Assembly: GCA_000708835.1 (NCBI GenBank)
Contig: DF237596.1
Location: forward strand, 1-47,675
Direction: 5' to 3'
DNA from: Klebsormidium nitens
Lineage: Eukaryota > Plantae > Klebsormidiophyceae
Length of the DNA stretch: 47,675 bases
Shown here: positions 12,599-23,700 of the stretch, piece after piece
How the letters are laid out: the number at the start of each line of letters is the position of its first letter
How positions within the stretch are numbered: position 1 is the first letter of the stretch
Made by a program: the position numbers and the translations under genes
Notes under the pieces: model-generated
Seen by the model: only the letters and a program-made list of their open reading frames with translations
Told to the model about the DNA's origin: nothing
The model's database searches: none

Positions 12599-13758
12599 GG
12601 CAAGGGCCAGCAGTGTCAGCTGCAGCGGTGGGGCATCACCTGACGCAAGGTACTGCTCGATGAGTAGTGGTGTGGTCAACAGCACACACAACTACCTGGG
12701 AACAAAGTGAAGAACAATGCGGCCTGTCTTACCAACACTACAGAAAAAACTTGGGAAAGACTTTGACAAAATGTCCTGTTCACCTTTCCGACTTTCCGAC
12801 CACTGCTCATGCGTATGCGCTCAGCATCGCCAAAGTTAAAGCAGACTCAATGCTGGAATGGCGCGCTGCCACATCTGGTGCAGCTGGATTGCTAAAGAAG
12901 CGTAGAAGACGAAGGGGAATTGAGTAGGTAGCTGTCGAAAACAATGCACCTCCCAGGGCACAGATATTTTAACTTGTAGGGTGTACAAGCGCAGGCCCAC
13001 CTGGAGGGAGTTCAGGAGTTCATTTTGGAGAAGTTGGCAGAGGGTTTCTTCGAATCAAGCTAGTCAGAATCGTACTAGTCTCTAGTCTCAAGTCTCGACT
13101 CAAATCTGACAGTGACATCAGACTAGCTGAAACGCTGCTTTTAGAGAGAAGCCCGAATCGACGGCCAGCATGATCCTACTCACAACTAGAGCGGCTTTTC
13201 AGAAGGCCACGTAGCCGTCCGCGCCTGAGGAGAGCCATAGCTTGTCTACTGCCGGTACCGTAGGATACCGACTCTGTTGATCAGTGTCACGACTGGAGAA
13301 GAGAAGAAGCGCATTGCATTGGAATAGGAGGCGCGGTAGGTGTTGCCTTGCAAGTTGCATAGGCAGGTCCTTTGTCTTCATTTGTCCTGCCCATACAAGC
13401 TGGGGTTGTGGGGTTGTAGACTCCCAGTTCAGAGGACGCCTCGACGGCAGAGAGGTATCTGCTGTCGTGTTTCAAGATCAGATCTGATTATAGTGGCAAG
13501 TCTGTCTTTCCCACTACGCTTGGTCTTTCGGTGGTCATTGTCAAGGTCGAGGTTTTGTGTCCCAGAAGATTACTCTTATACCTGAGGCTGCATTTGGGTA
13601 AAAGGTGTGTTCATCTGAGCAAGAGATACCTTGAGTTGTTGCTTCCGGGCAGCTCAGCTGAGGTCTTTAGGGGAGCTGTCAGGTCATGCGCACGCTCGCT
13701 CATAGGTGAAGCGTTGGGGCAAGAAAGCCAGAGGTGCATGCAGCAAAATAGCTAAAGC

Positions 13759-13835
13759 AGGAGGGAGTTGGCTGATGCCTGGTAAGAGACTCCGACTCAA
13801 GTGGCTCGTGTTTGAATCCACGGCTCTTCCTACCA
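13759..13835 (+). pseudogene. Degenerate tRNA-like element (Leu-CAA-like loop, encoded CCA)
   Basis: Pairable 7-bp acceptor stem AGGAGGG/TCTTCCT followed by A-CCA; A-box-like TGGCTGATGCCTGG; CTCAAGT anticodon-like loop (13796-13802); B-box-like GTTTGAATCC (13810-13819). Anticodon and T stems are imperfect. Confidence 0.28.
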
Positions 13836-14083
13836 ATGATTTCTTCTTGCACGCGTGTCTTCTAACACATTGACCCAGAGCGGTTACCTCATATGAGATT
13901 GCAGCCTTCAGACAGTGGAAGGACCTACAAGTTGAACCCGCCTTAGCTGAAGTAGCAAAGGTCCCCGTCTTGATTCGTTTGCTGGCACCGCAAACCTCTG
14001 GAAATGTGGCTCACAGGTTTCTTTTGTAGCATCACCAGGTCAACTATCGTTATGCTCATTCTGCTTGTTGGTAGTAGTTATAC

Positions 14084-14094
14084 TTTTAGGGTTT
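14084..14094 (-). promoter_or_regulatory. Telo-box (AAACCCTAAAA) in the LOG/HY5 divergent region
   Basis: TTTTAGGGTTT on the + strand; a second TTTAGGG at 14263-14269. Confidence 0.4.
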
Positions 14095-14398
14095 CGTCCG
14101 ATTTTCTCTCAACTTCCATATGTCCATATGTGCCATATGTTCTACATATACACCTTTCTACATCACCCCGTCAGTATGCTGATGTGCCCCACGCTGAATG
14201 GCTTCGCTAATGTACGTGACATATATCGCCGCCCTTGAATCTGCTTACATGCAGTGGCCAGCTTTAGGGTGGTTGCATTAGCACTGGTCAAGCAGAGGTA
14301 CCCAACTTGAGTTCCAAGTTCTTTGATGGTTTGTACTTTCTCACAATAGTGCACGTGCCCGCAGACTGTCAAGTGGCCATGTCTCTGGAGGGCCCCGC

Positions 14399-16116
14399 AT
14401 GGATTCTGCGCCTGCACCAGTGACAGCGCCGCAACCTCCGCCACCAGGTAAGCCACATCTCATAAAATGAATGCAGTCAGGCATTAATCCAAAAATGGCC
14501 TTGTCCTTCCCATTCCATTAGCCATGCCCCAGTCCACAGTGTACCAAATGAACCAGTGCTCCCACAGACGGTGTGAACTCAGGCAGGGTCTCGATGCTTT
14601 GACGTCCAGTGCCACCGCTTAATACCCCCAAGTTCCTACTGGCCTTGCTTCTCGTCTCGCGCTCATTGCATTGTCGTCTTTGAATGGCAGACCCCGGACT
14701 GAAGCCTGAGGCTGCGGGGGGCCCTTCCGCTGCCGCTCTTGCTTCCCCGGGCCTTCCCCCCGGGCGGCCGCTGCCCTCCCCTCCTGCTGTGTCGGGGTCT
14801 TTGGCTGCCATTGGCGCGCAGAGCCGAGCGGCCGGGCTGGCCCGACCCCGGCGTAGGCCCCGGGGCGTACGGGGCGCAGGGCGGGCGCAAGCAGCACCCT
14901 GCCAAGCCCGTACCGCTGCGCCCGCCCATGGGCATGCCGCAGCAGCAGCCAATGCAGGCGCCGCAGCCAGGCCTGATGCGGGTCAAGCAGAACCCGGACG
15001 AGGATGGTGAGTCTAGCAAGCTTGTTGCGAGGGGGAGTGCAGGGCTGCAGGGAGCGTCCGTGTTTTCGCGCAAGGGGTCCGACTTTGAGCCCTAGGCATG
15101 ACCACTGGCCTGACAGCATTTGAGATTCCACCTAAGTTTTGCAGCCCTCCAAGAAGGCATCGGCTGACGGAAACAAATCTTGCTAGCATCGTCGATCAGT
15201 GCGCCCCTCAAATCCAGAACCCGCTCTGGCATGTTGGGGCTAGGCAGCAACTTGGGTCTTGGCGGTTTGGGCGGACCTGCCATGCCGTGGCAGGAGGAGG
15301 CTGCGTTTCCTGCTTACAGCGGTGCTCACGGCTCCCCTGATCCCGTTGTGTAATGTCGCTGAGCAGATGACGCGAGCAGCAGTGACAGTGATGATGAGGG
15401 GCCCCACATGGTGCCTCAGCTGGGGGGCGCAAGCGGCGCGCTCTTGCTACCAGGGGCCGACGCGGGAGCCATGCAGCAGTATGCGGCTCAGCCCCGCAAG
15501 CGCGGCGGGGACAGGACAGAGGAGAAGGAGCGCAAGCGACTCAAGCGGTAAGCAGCCCTGGCGCTATGATTGCAGAAGGTGCAGGACGTACATCGTTGGG
15601 GAACAAAGATTTGCCCAGCTGTAAAAGCTGGCGCACGCAACAGTAGCTGCCAGGTGGCCATTCCGCTGGGGCAGGCTGTGCTGACGCACGTTTGGTTGGC
15701 GTGCCAGGTTGCTTCGCAACCGTGTGAGTGCCCAGCAGGCGCGAGAGCGCAAGAAGGCGTACTTAAGCGATCTGGAGACGCGCTCACGTGAGCTGGAGCA
15801 GAAGAATGCGGAGCTGGAGGAGCGTGTGTCCACGTTGCAACGGGAAAACTTCATGCTGCGCCAGGTGAGCGCCTATGACGGGTCTTCCGCAAGTGGATCG
15901 TTTTTCCGGACAAGGAAGATTTATCATGGGCTCGTTCAGATTGTGCACAATCTTTATGAAACCCTGAACTTCTCAAACAAGTGTGTTGGCGTTGTGCCAA
16001 TAATTCAAGGTGTGACTGTTGAAGTGCCGTCTGACTGAAAAAGGTCATGCACCAACGTGCAGATTGTGAAGAACACGACAATGAAGAAGAGCAGTCAAGT
16101 GACGCCCTCAGGATGA
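14399..16116 (+). CDS. HY5: HY5/HYH-type bZIP transcription factor (5' exon structure uncertain)
   Basis: Solid exons: 15367-15547, 15708-15864, 16063-16116, giving [76 protein letters not shown]. Upstream exon ends at 15006. Tentative first exon 14399-14447 ([16 protein letters not shown]), joined either at 14857 or at 14691 with a 1-nt indel. Confidence 0.9.
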
Positions 16117-16559
16117 CCAATCTACCCGTGCCAAACAGCAAGAGCGAAAAGAGCTTTGCATACATTCCTGTCCCTTCTACTTCTTACAAGCCAGACGCTT
16201 TGGAGGACGTGCCTCAATCACCAATCGCGTCGCCTTGTTTGTAACATTTATCAGTTGGTCATAAGAGAAGGAAGCATACAGCTGCATCAACATGCGCATT
16301 AGAAAAGGTGAAAGCAGATAGTAGAAGATGTCGATCTCCGAACAAATATGGTGCTAATTCCCCCAAAACTGGCATGCCGTTGCCTTATTTGACAGTCGAA
16401 ATCGGCAATTCTTTTGACGAGATATTTAGTCACGCAACCCATCTTGCCTAGTCGATTTCTCCAAGACCTAACATTCATGCGCAATCCAGAATATGCCCAA
16501 AAGATTCCATTCTCGCCACCTGGTATTCTATCGCTTGTTCTTGCGCGCACGATTGAGAA

Positions 16560-17600
16560 TTGGACCTTTGTCCAAAACTTAGACCGTTTTTGAGTACTCA
16601 CTATATTCGATATCTTGCGAGGCGGCCCGGGCGCGGGCGGCCAGAGTCAAAAGCCTCGTCACATAACTTATCGAATCATGCACCTGTATCTGATCGAAAT
16701 TGGATCGCACGTCAAGGCGCTTACATATGCATTCAAATCATGCATGAAACACGCGTGCAGTATACACAATCATGATAATTATAACCTAGCTCGTTCAATC
16801 AAATGTTTCCGGCCAGCCGCTGTCATTGGCGGCGCGTCGCTATATAATGATAGAGCTAGGTATATGTTTAAACCGCCGACGCGTATACATGCAGATCGGC
16901 GCTGGTACGTATACTATTAGCATATGTTGTCACTATGTTGTGCCGCCGCCCCATGGTACATCGAACGAGCCGCAATCTCAGATCGCGATTGGCAGTGGCC
17001 GAAAGTGTATATCGTCGATCCGACGGAGCTATCATTCAATGGTGCATATATGCATCACAGTCCCTGTGATTGATCGCGTCCGACGTGACCGTTCACATTG
17101 TGTCCGACTCAGGGTGCATGCACTGCTGTGCATTGCGCGCGGCACCATATGATGGTCAAATATACTATATTAGTGCAAATCAATGCCGATCAGGCTGTGG
17201 ACCAGTCATGCAGTGGAGTATTGCTAATGATTTGGCACAGATCGTGCGGTAACAAGCATATCTTATGCACTCAGCACGCGGCAAGTACAGGAGACTGTGC
17301 GGCAATCTGGAGACTCGGTCTTTCATCTGCTGTGACGTTGAGCTCGGTAATTAGTTGGTCAGCTTCAGGCTTTAATATCCCTTATGGTGCTCGGATGTGC
17401 CTCTGATCTGAGAAGTTGCGCACCAGCTGCACAACCGAATCATTCCCAGTCATCGGATAATTTTCGCATGGCACCTTTCAGCCCACCATGGCCCCTTCCG
17501 AAATCGTCACTTGCATGTCGCCTTGCCTTACACAAATCAAGCATCGTCAATTCGACTCGGACAAAATCTCGATTTCGTCTTCGCTATGTGGCAAGCTACG
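16560..17600. other. Palindrome-rich intergenic block C (HY5/GlyRS convergent gap)
   Basis: TCATGCATGA 16738-16747, CACGCGTG 16750-16757, TGCATATATGCA 17043-17054. Confidence 0.55.
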
Positions 17601-17713
17601 GGTCCCACATTAAAGCCTTGTGCTTGCCATGTCCTTCCGCAACAATGAACCACGGCTGCCCCTGCCTTGGCCCACCTTCGAGCGTATTGCGCTGCGGCGA
17701 TGCTTGGCAGTGT

Positions 17714-20700
17714 TTAGAAGCCTGGCAGGAGCGCGAGGTCGAGGATGCCCTTGGGCAGGGCCGCGATGTCGCGCAGCAGCGCCAGCCGGTTGTGCCGCAC
17801 CGCCTCGTCCTCCTGCACTCACCACACCCCACGCCCTCAGAGCGCGCCCTGTGCACGCAACCATCCCTGAAACCGAGCAGCAGAGGCGCTGGCAACAAGG
17901 AGCGGAGGTCGTCACGCTATCTCGAGCTTGACCGATCCAGATTTTCAGGATCATCATGAGGGGAGCGGTGTGAGTGGGTGCTCACGGCCATGACAAAGAC
18001 GTTGCTGAAGAAGTCGTCGATGGGCTGCACCAGCGCCTCTGATACCGCAAACAGCTCCAACACCGCCGACTCTGCAGAGTCACAACCGCCGCGTCAGCCA
18101 CGGCACACTCATGGGGGTCTTCACACAAGATTGCCAGCACTGCAAGATGCCGACAAGGCACAAGAGAACAACGCCGACGCGACAGCCCTGGGTTAGGGCA
18201 CGTTGGAGCATGCGTCGAACCAATTGTCCGGCCCGGCCTGCCGGGAGAAGAAGGCTGTTGGAGCGGTGGCTTGCCTGGCCGCAGCTGCTGCGCGACGGTG
18301 GTGTAGGCGGCCAGCAGGGCGTGCTCCTGCTCCATCTCGAACAGGGACGAATCCACCTGCGGACATCACACGGAGCGCTCAGCACGCTGATGGCGGCAGG
18401 GCACCCAGACCGCATCTCCCCTTCGTCCACTGGGTAAGCAGTCCGTGGAATGGGTGAACAACCAGCTCGTCTTAGGAAACATAGAGGAGTCTGCGCGGTT
18501 GGGCGGCGGGGGCTGACCTTCCAGTCCGCGCCCACGTGCTTGGTCCGCGTTATCCGGGTGGGCCGCGCATACGCCGCCACAATGCGCTCCCGCACGCCGC
18601 TGTCCAGCGCCTCCATCTGCACCAACACCGCCGCGACGTCAGCAATGGTCCCGTCCGCCAGGCCACGCGGGTCGGGCGCCTTCTGGCGGTCTCCCAGTCG
18701 GAGACACGGGCCGGGGCAGGTGTGCGCTGTGCTGGGTGGGGTCAGGGCTCACCTCGCGGACTGCCTGCGCTGCCTGGGCCGGCACCGCGCCTCGCTCCGC
18801 CAGCGCCGCACGCACCACTTCCACTGTTGCGCCGCCGTCCACCTGGCACATTCACACAAACATGTTTGTTCGAACTTCAGGACAGAGAGACAGGGGCACA
18901 ACCCAGGCTCATTTCCACTACACCAAGCGCGACTCTCAGACGCCTCCTCCGTAGAAAAGGTCATACGCACAAAGTTAGGAGGGCGCGCTTTATACCCAAG
19001 CCTCCGCCAGTGAGTTTCCAGGGGACGAGGCGTGAGTGCTCACGAGGTACTGCTCGAGCCGTCGCGTCACGAAGGTGTCCACCTCGGCGAGGGCTGTTTC
19101 AGAAACAGTGAGCGGTTGCTGCTCGGCGGCGAGGCGCAGGGCGGCGGGCAGCGCGAGGGGCACCCCGTTCTCCACCAGCGTCTGCACCAGGCCGTACGCC
19201 GCGCGGCGCAGCCCAAACGGATCCGCGGACGCGCTGGGGGCCTTGCCCACCGCAAACAGGCCCACCAGGCTGTCCAGCCTGCGTACAGCGCACACACGAA
19301 GTTACAACGGTCCCTGGAGTCGAGGACGCATGTGTCTTCCCCTTCAAAGGAAATAACGAGCGCGGCTTGCTTGCATACCCATGGTTTTCCCCCCTGTCTG
19401 CGAAGGCAGGCGGGACTTCTCCCGACGAGACCTCTCATCCGTTCACCTTGTCAACCGGGGTGCCGCTGCCTGCTCATGCAACGACCTCGGGACAGGACGG
19501 AAGACTTCGACCCTCGTTCTGAGGCGCTACCAACTTAGACAGCACTTCTGCTCGCATTATTCGTTGAGTGGATTGTGGGTGAGCTGCAGGCGGGGCCTTA
19601 CCTGTCGGCGACGGCCAGCAGGATGCCCGCCCCCGACGCGGGGCACCTGGTCGCCGGCGAAGCGGGGGAGGACCGCCTCGAACACAGCGTCGCACACCTG
19701 TCAGCAGCAGCAGGCGCGTATCAGTCGAGTTGGCCTGGAGATTATCTTCAGCTGACAAGAGCCCTCTGACACATAAGCCAATACGAAGGTCGTTATATTT
19801 GGATGCATTTCGATCCCTTCGGCAACAATGTCGCGCATGAGCAGGAACGAGCACGGTAACTTCCACGCCGCGGTTGCACCATTCTATTCGACACAAGACG
19901 TAGTTCTGCGGCCGTACCGGCTGCGGGTGGCCCTCCATGTCGGCGTAGTGCCGCCCAATGACGCCTGCAAGCGACGTAAACTCGGTGACGACGGCGGTGG
20001 CCAGGTCCGCCTTGGCCATGGGCGCCGCCGCACGCGCCACCGCAAGGGCGTCCCCCTCTAGTTGCGCGGCCGCAGCCAGGCCCGGCAGGAGCGCCTCCTC
20101 GCGCTCGCTCTTGGCCAGCAGGCTGCCCAGCTGAGCCTGCACACAAGAAAAAAAGACGGACCTGGAGTCAGATCCAGAGATTGCTATGGAAATAACCGAT
20201 TCCGAGGCGATGCAAGCGGGTCCTTTGCAAATTGTGTGAGTGTTCCAACAATATGAGTAGTCGCAAATTGCTGAAGCAACATCTGACACCGACCCTAACG
20301 AGCTCGCACTAAGGAGGAGGTGGCAAAGAGTGTCCGCTCTTTACATCCAAGCAGGACGGGAGCCGGTGGCCTACCTGGAAGGTGATGCCATCAAGCAGGG
20401 GCCGGAAGGAGGCCAGCGGGCGCGCGCGGTCGGCGGTGTAGAAGAAGCGCGCGTCCTCGTACCGGGCCCTGCGTCATGCACAACAGCCAGCGAGAATCAG
20501 GCCACCAGCCAGGCCCTGAACCATTTCAGAGGAGCCGGATGGCAGGCCTCGGGGGGCGGCCCATGTCTTGCGGCTGTTTGGTGACACGTGGCACTGCAAG
20601 ACTGCACGATTGCTGCACAGGCCGGGATAAGTCGGCCGAGCGGCCCCGTGCCGCCGGTAAGGCTTACCGGAGAACGGCCTCGTTCCCGTGGCGCACAACG

Positions 20701-23700
20701 TCCAGGTCAACCGGGCCGTTGGCCACCTGCGGGAATATGGGGGACGTAAGATGCTTAAGGGGTGGACAAGGGAACGGAGGGGGAGGGACGACGAACACAC
20801 TGGCACGAGGCACAAGGCGGGCACGCCGGAGCTCGAAGCAGATGACGATGACATGCGGCAGCCTCAGGAGCAAGTGAGGTCGGCGCGGGTCGGCGGCCTG
20901 ACCGTGACGAAGGCGGGCTTGAGCTGGCCGGTGGCGGCGTCCTCGACGGGGAAGTAGCGCTGGTGCTTGCGCATCACGGTGGTCAGCACCTCGCGCGGGA
21001 GCGTTAAAAACGCCGCGTCGAACGTGCCCAGCAGCGGCGCAGGCGCCTCTACCAAGTACGCCACCTGCACCCACCGAAACCCCGCTCAGCCTAGCGCACA
21101 GAACGCTCTGGTGCAATAGCCGGCCCCGGCCGACGTGTGACGAATGCCATAAATCCGCTCAGAGGGGCAGGGCTCCGAGTGGGAGGCCCGAGGGCAGGCA
21201 AGCAGGCGACGTTTTGCAGCGGCACTCATGGAAATGGTGTGCAACTGACGGATGACCAGCTCTGCCTGCCCGCCCAGGTGTGCGGCGCCGGCTTCAGCAT
21301 GAGGCCAAATGGGTGCTCACCTCCTCCAGCAAGTCCCCTCGTGCATTATCCGGTATGCGGCCCCCAATTTCGCTAGCTAACCTACTAGCGGCCTCCCAGA
21401 TGCTCGTGCTGCGCTCCTGCACAACCGGCCGAAGACGGGTCAGAAGAAGGTAGAATACAGGTTCAGAGTTCGTCCTGATCTTGCCGCCCCTATAAAAGAT
21501 GCGTGAACGAGTTGCTCGACGCTATGCCTTCGAGCAATATGTCGTTCACAACCCTGCTATACTCTAATGATTTCGATCAAGGACCATCCCGTTGCGGTGC
21601 GGCAACTCACCTCGCCGTCCACCTGCAGCCCGGCGGCCTCCATGCTGGCAATATACTCCTCCGCCGATGCAACGCTTTGCTCTGTCTCGTCAGCATTCCG
21701 CAAAAGCCGCGTCCCCCGACCACTGCAACGAAAGCGGAGACCCATTGGTGATGAAAGGAACCAGCAGGCAGGTCTTTTGTGATCACCACAGCGCCTGCAT
21801 GTCTCCATGGAGGGATGCAGAAGCCCTGTTATTCCTTTTTCGATTAGCTTTAGCAGGACAATCGAAGTTCCTCGTACAGGATGTGTGGGCGGGGCTGCCG
21901 CGCTCACCTGGCTGCCCCCCCATAGGTGAAGGGCACCACGTTGTCGCCGTGCAGCGCGAGCAGCCAACGCAGGGGCCGGCTGTACGCCACCTGCCACCAA
22001 CCAGCGACGGAAACGTGCTTCAGGCAGCCTCGAGCACAGAGTCTCAAGTTCGCTACGAAGCAGCAACGCCAGCAGCTCTCTCTCTAACATAACGAAGCAC
22101 CACATGATGCTGGCACCGCTAACCCAGGACAGCAAAGGGAAGGGTTGTGGAAGGCGCCGTAGGAGGTGTGCGCATTGCGCATGGCAGGCCTGACCTGGGT
22201 GCTCCAGCGCATGCTTTTGGGAAATTGTAGACCAGCAACCACGCCCGCCAGCTCCTCGCCCAACACCTGCACACTCGTGCACGCCAGCAGGCCGGTCAGA
22301 GAGGATCGCCCCTGGCCGTGGTCGGCACCCCACTTCCGCATCAAACATGGTCTTAAGAGTTTACTAAAAGCTAGCCCGAAGGTAGCCCGAAAAAAAGCTA
22401 GCCCGACAAGGTAGCCCGGAAGAAAAGCAAGCCCGACTAGGGTCCGACGGTGCTGACCTGTGCCGCGGGCCGCCCCTCTTGCCGCACGGTTGCGTAAGCA
22501 TACTCCACCCCCTTTTCTGCACAGCACACCAGACCGCGTCAGGCAGGCAGCTCGGCAGGGCTTCTCCAGTCAGCTACAGAGCAGGGGAACACTAAATAGT
22601 CCGCGCGCAACCAAAAACTAGACTGAGCAGGGAACGCCACGGCGGAGAGCGGCAGAAGACGAGGACAAGCAGATTGCGACCTACCGTCTGGTCGGACGAC
22701 AAGATCGGCAACGGCGACCTCGTTCTTGCGGCAGAAGCCCTCCGCAGCCTGCAACCACAAGCCACGCTCAGCCAGGAGGGAAACCAAGCGGCAGCCGCCT
22801 TCCGCGGACCTCTAACGCAACAAGTCGCAAACTCCAGGTGTGGCGAGGGTGGCCTCTTCAGACGCTCCCCAAGCTCGAGATGGAAGGGCCCTTGGCAAAG
22901 ATAGCAGCCGAATAGAAAGCCAAAGCCTTCCATTCGGAAGATCGATTCGGAAGTCCGAAAACGATGCAATAATCAAGCTAGTACGATTGACCTGCCTTCT
23001 TTGTATGACTCGCTTTACGAGCTTCGAAATCCTGTTAAAGGGCAACCGTGTATAATGACTGAGTTTCTCCACGGATTCGGCCGCTATGCTCCATCCACCC
23101 TATCACCGGATCGGAAGTGCGCTTTGCAGGCAGAGACTTTTTCCGAATGACCGCTACAGCACGGCAGCTCCCAGGGCACCCGGTTTTGCATGGCGGCGTG
23201 CGCGGCCGCACCTTGGTGGGCTGCCCGTCCTTGAAGGCCGCCTTGGCGGGCGGCCCCCGCAGCTCCTCCTCCAGGTCGGCCTGCCGCCCCTCTACGTCCG
23301 CCACCAGCACGCACAGCCGCCGCGGGGTGCCGCACACGCGCACCGCGCCGTGCCGCAGCCGCAGCTTCGCCAACACGGAAGGCACTGACGCACGCAGCTG
23401 CACGGAACGAGAAAATGCATTGCTCGAGTGGCATTAAGACCAATCAAAATTGGAAAGCGCAACCGTGATGCCAAGACGTGAACGTATGTAAAAGAAGCTT
23501 TGATCGCTCGCTGCACGAAAGTGGCCACCCTGCATCGCCCTACGTCAGGCTTTTCAGCCACAGTTGCGTTCTGAAGTACCACCAGGAGACGAGCCGCGCA
23601 ACACATCTTACACAAGCGCTCGTGAGCCCGCAGATCAGATAGTCCCACCATCGGTTTGCCCGTCCAGACAAACTATCATTGAAAACAGAGGCACCAAAGT

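Noticed and set aside
13820-13900. LTR retrotransposon suggested by a CA-T-TGG PBS-like junction on the minus strand
   Set aside because: No second LTR, gag/pol ORF or polypurine tract was found.
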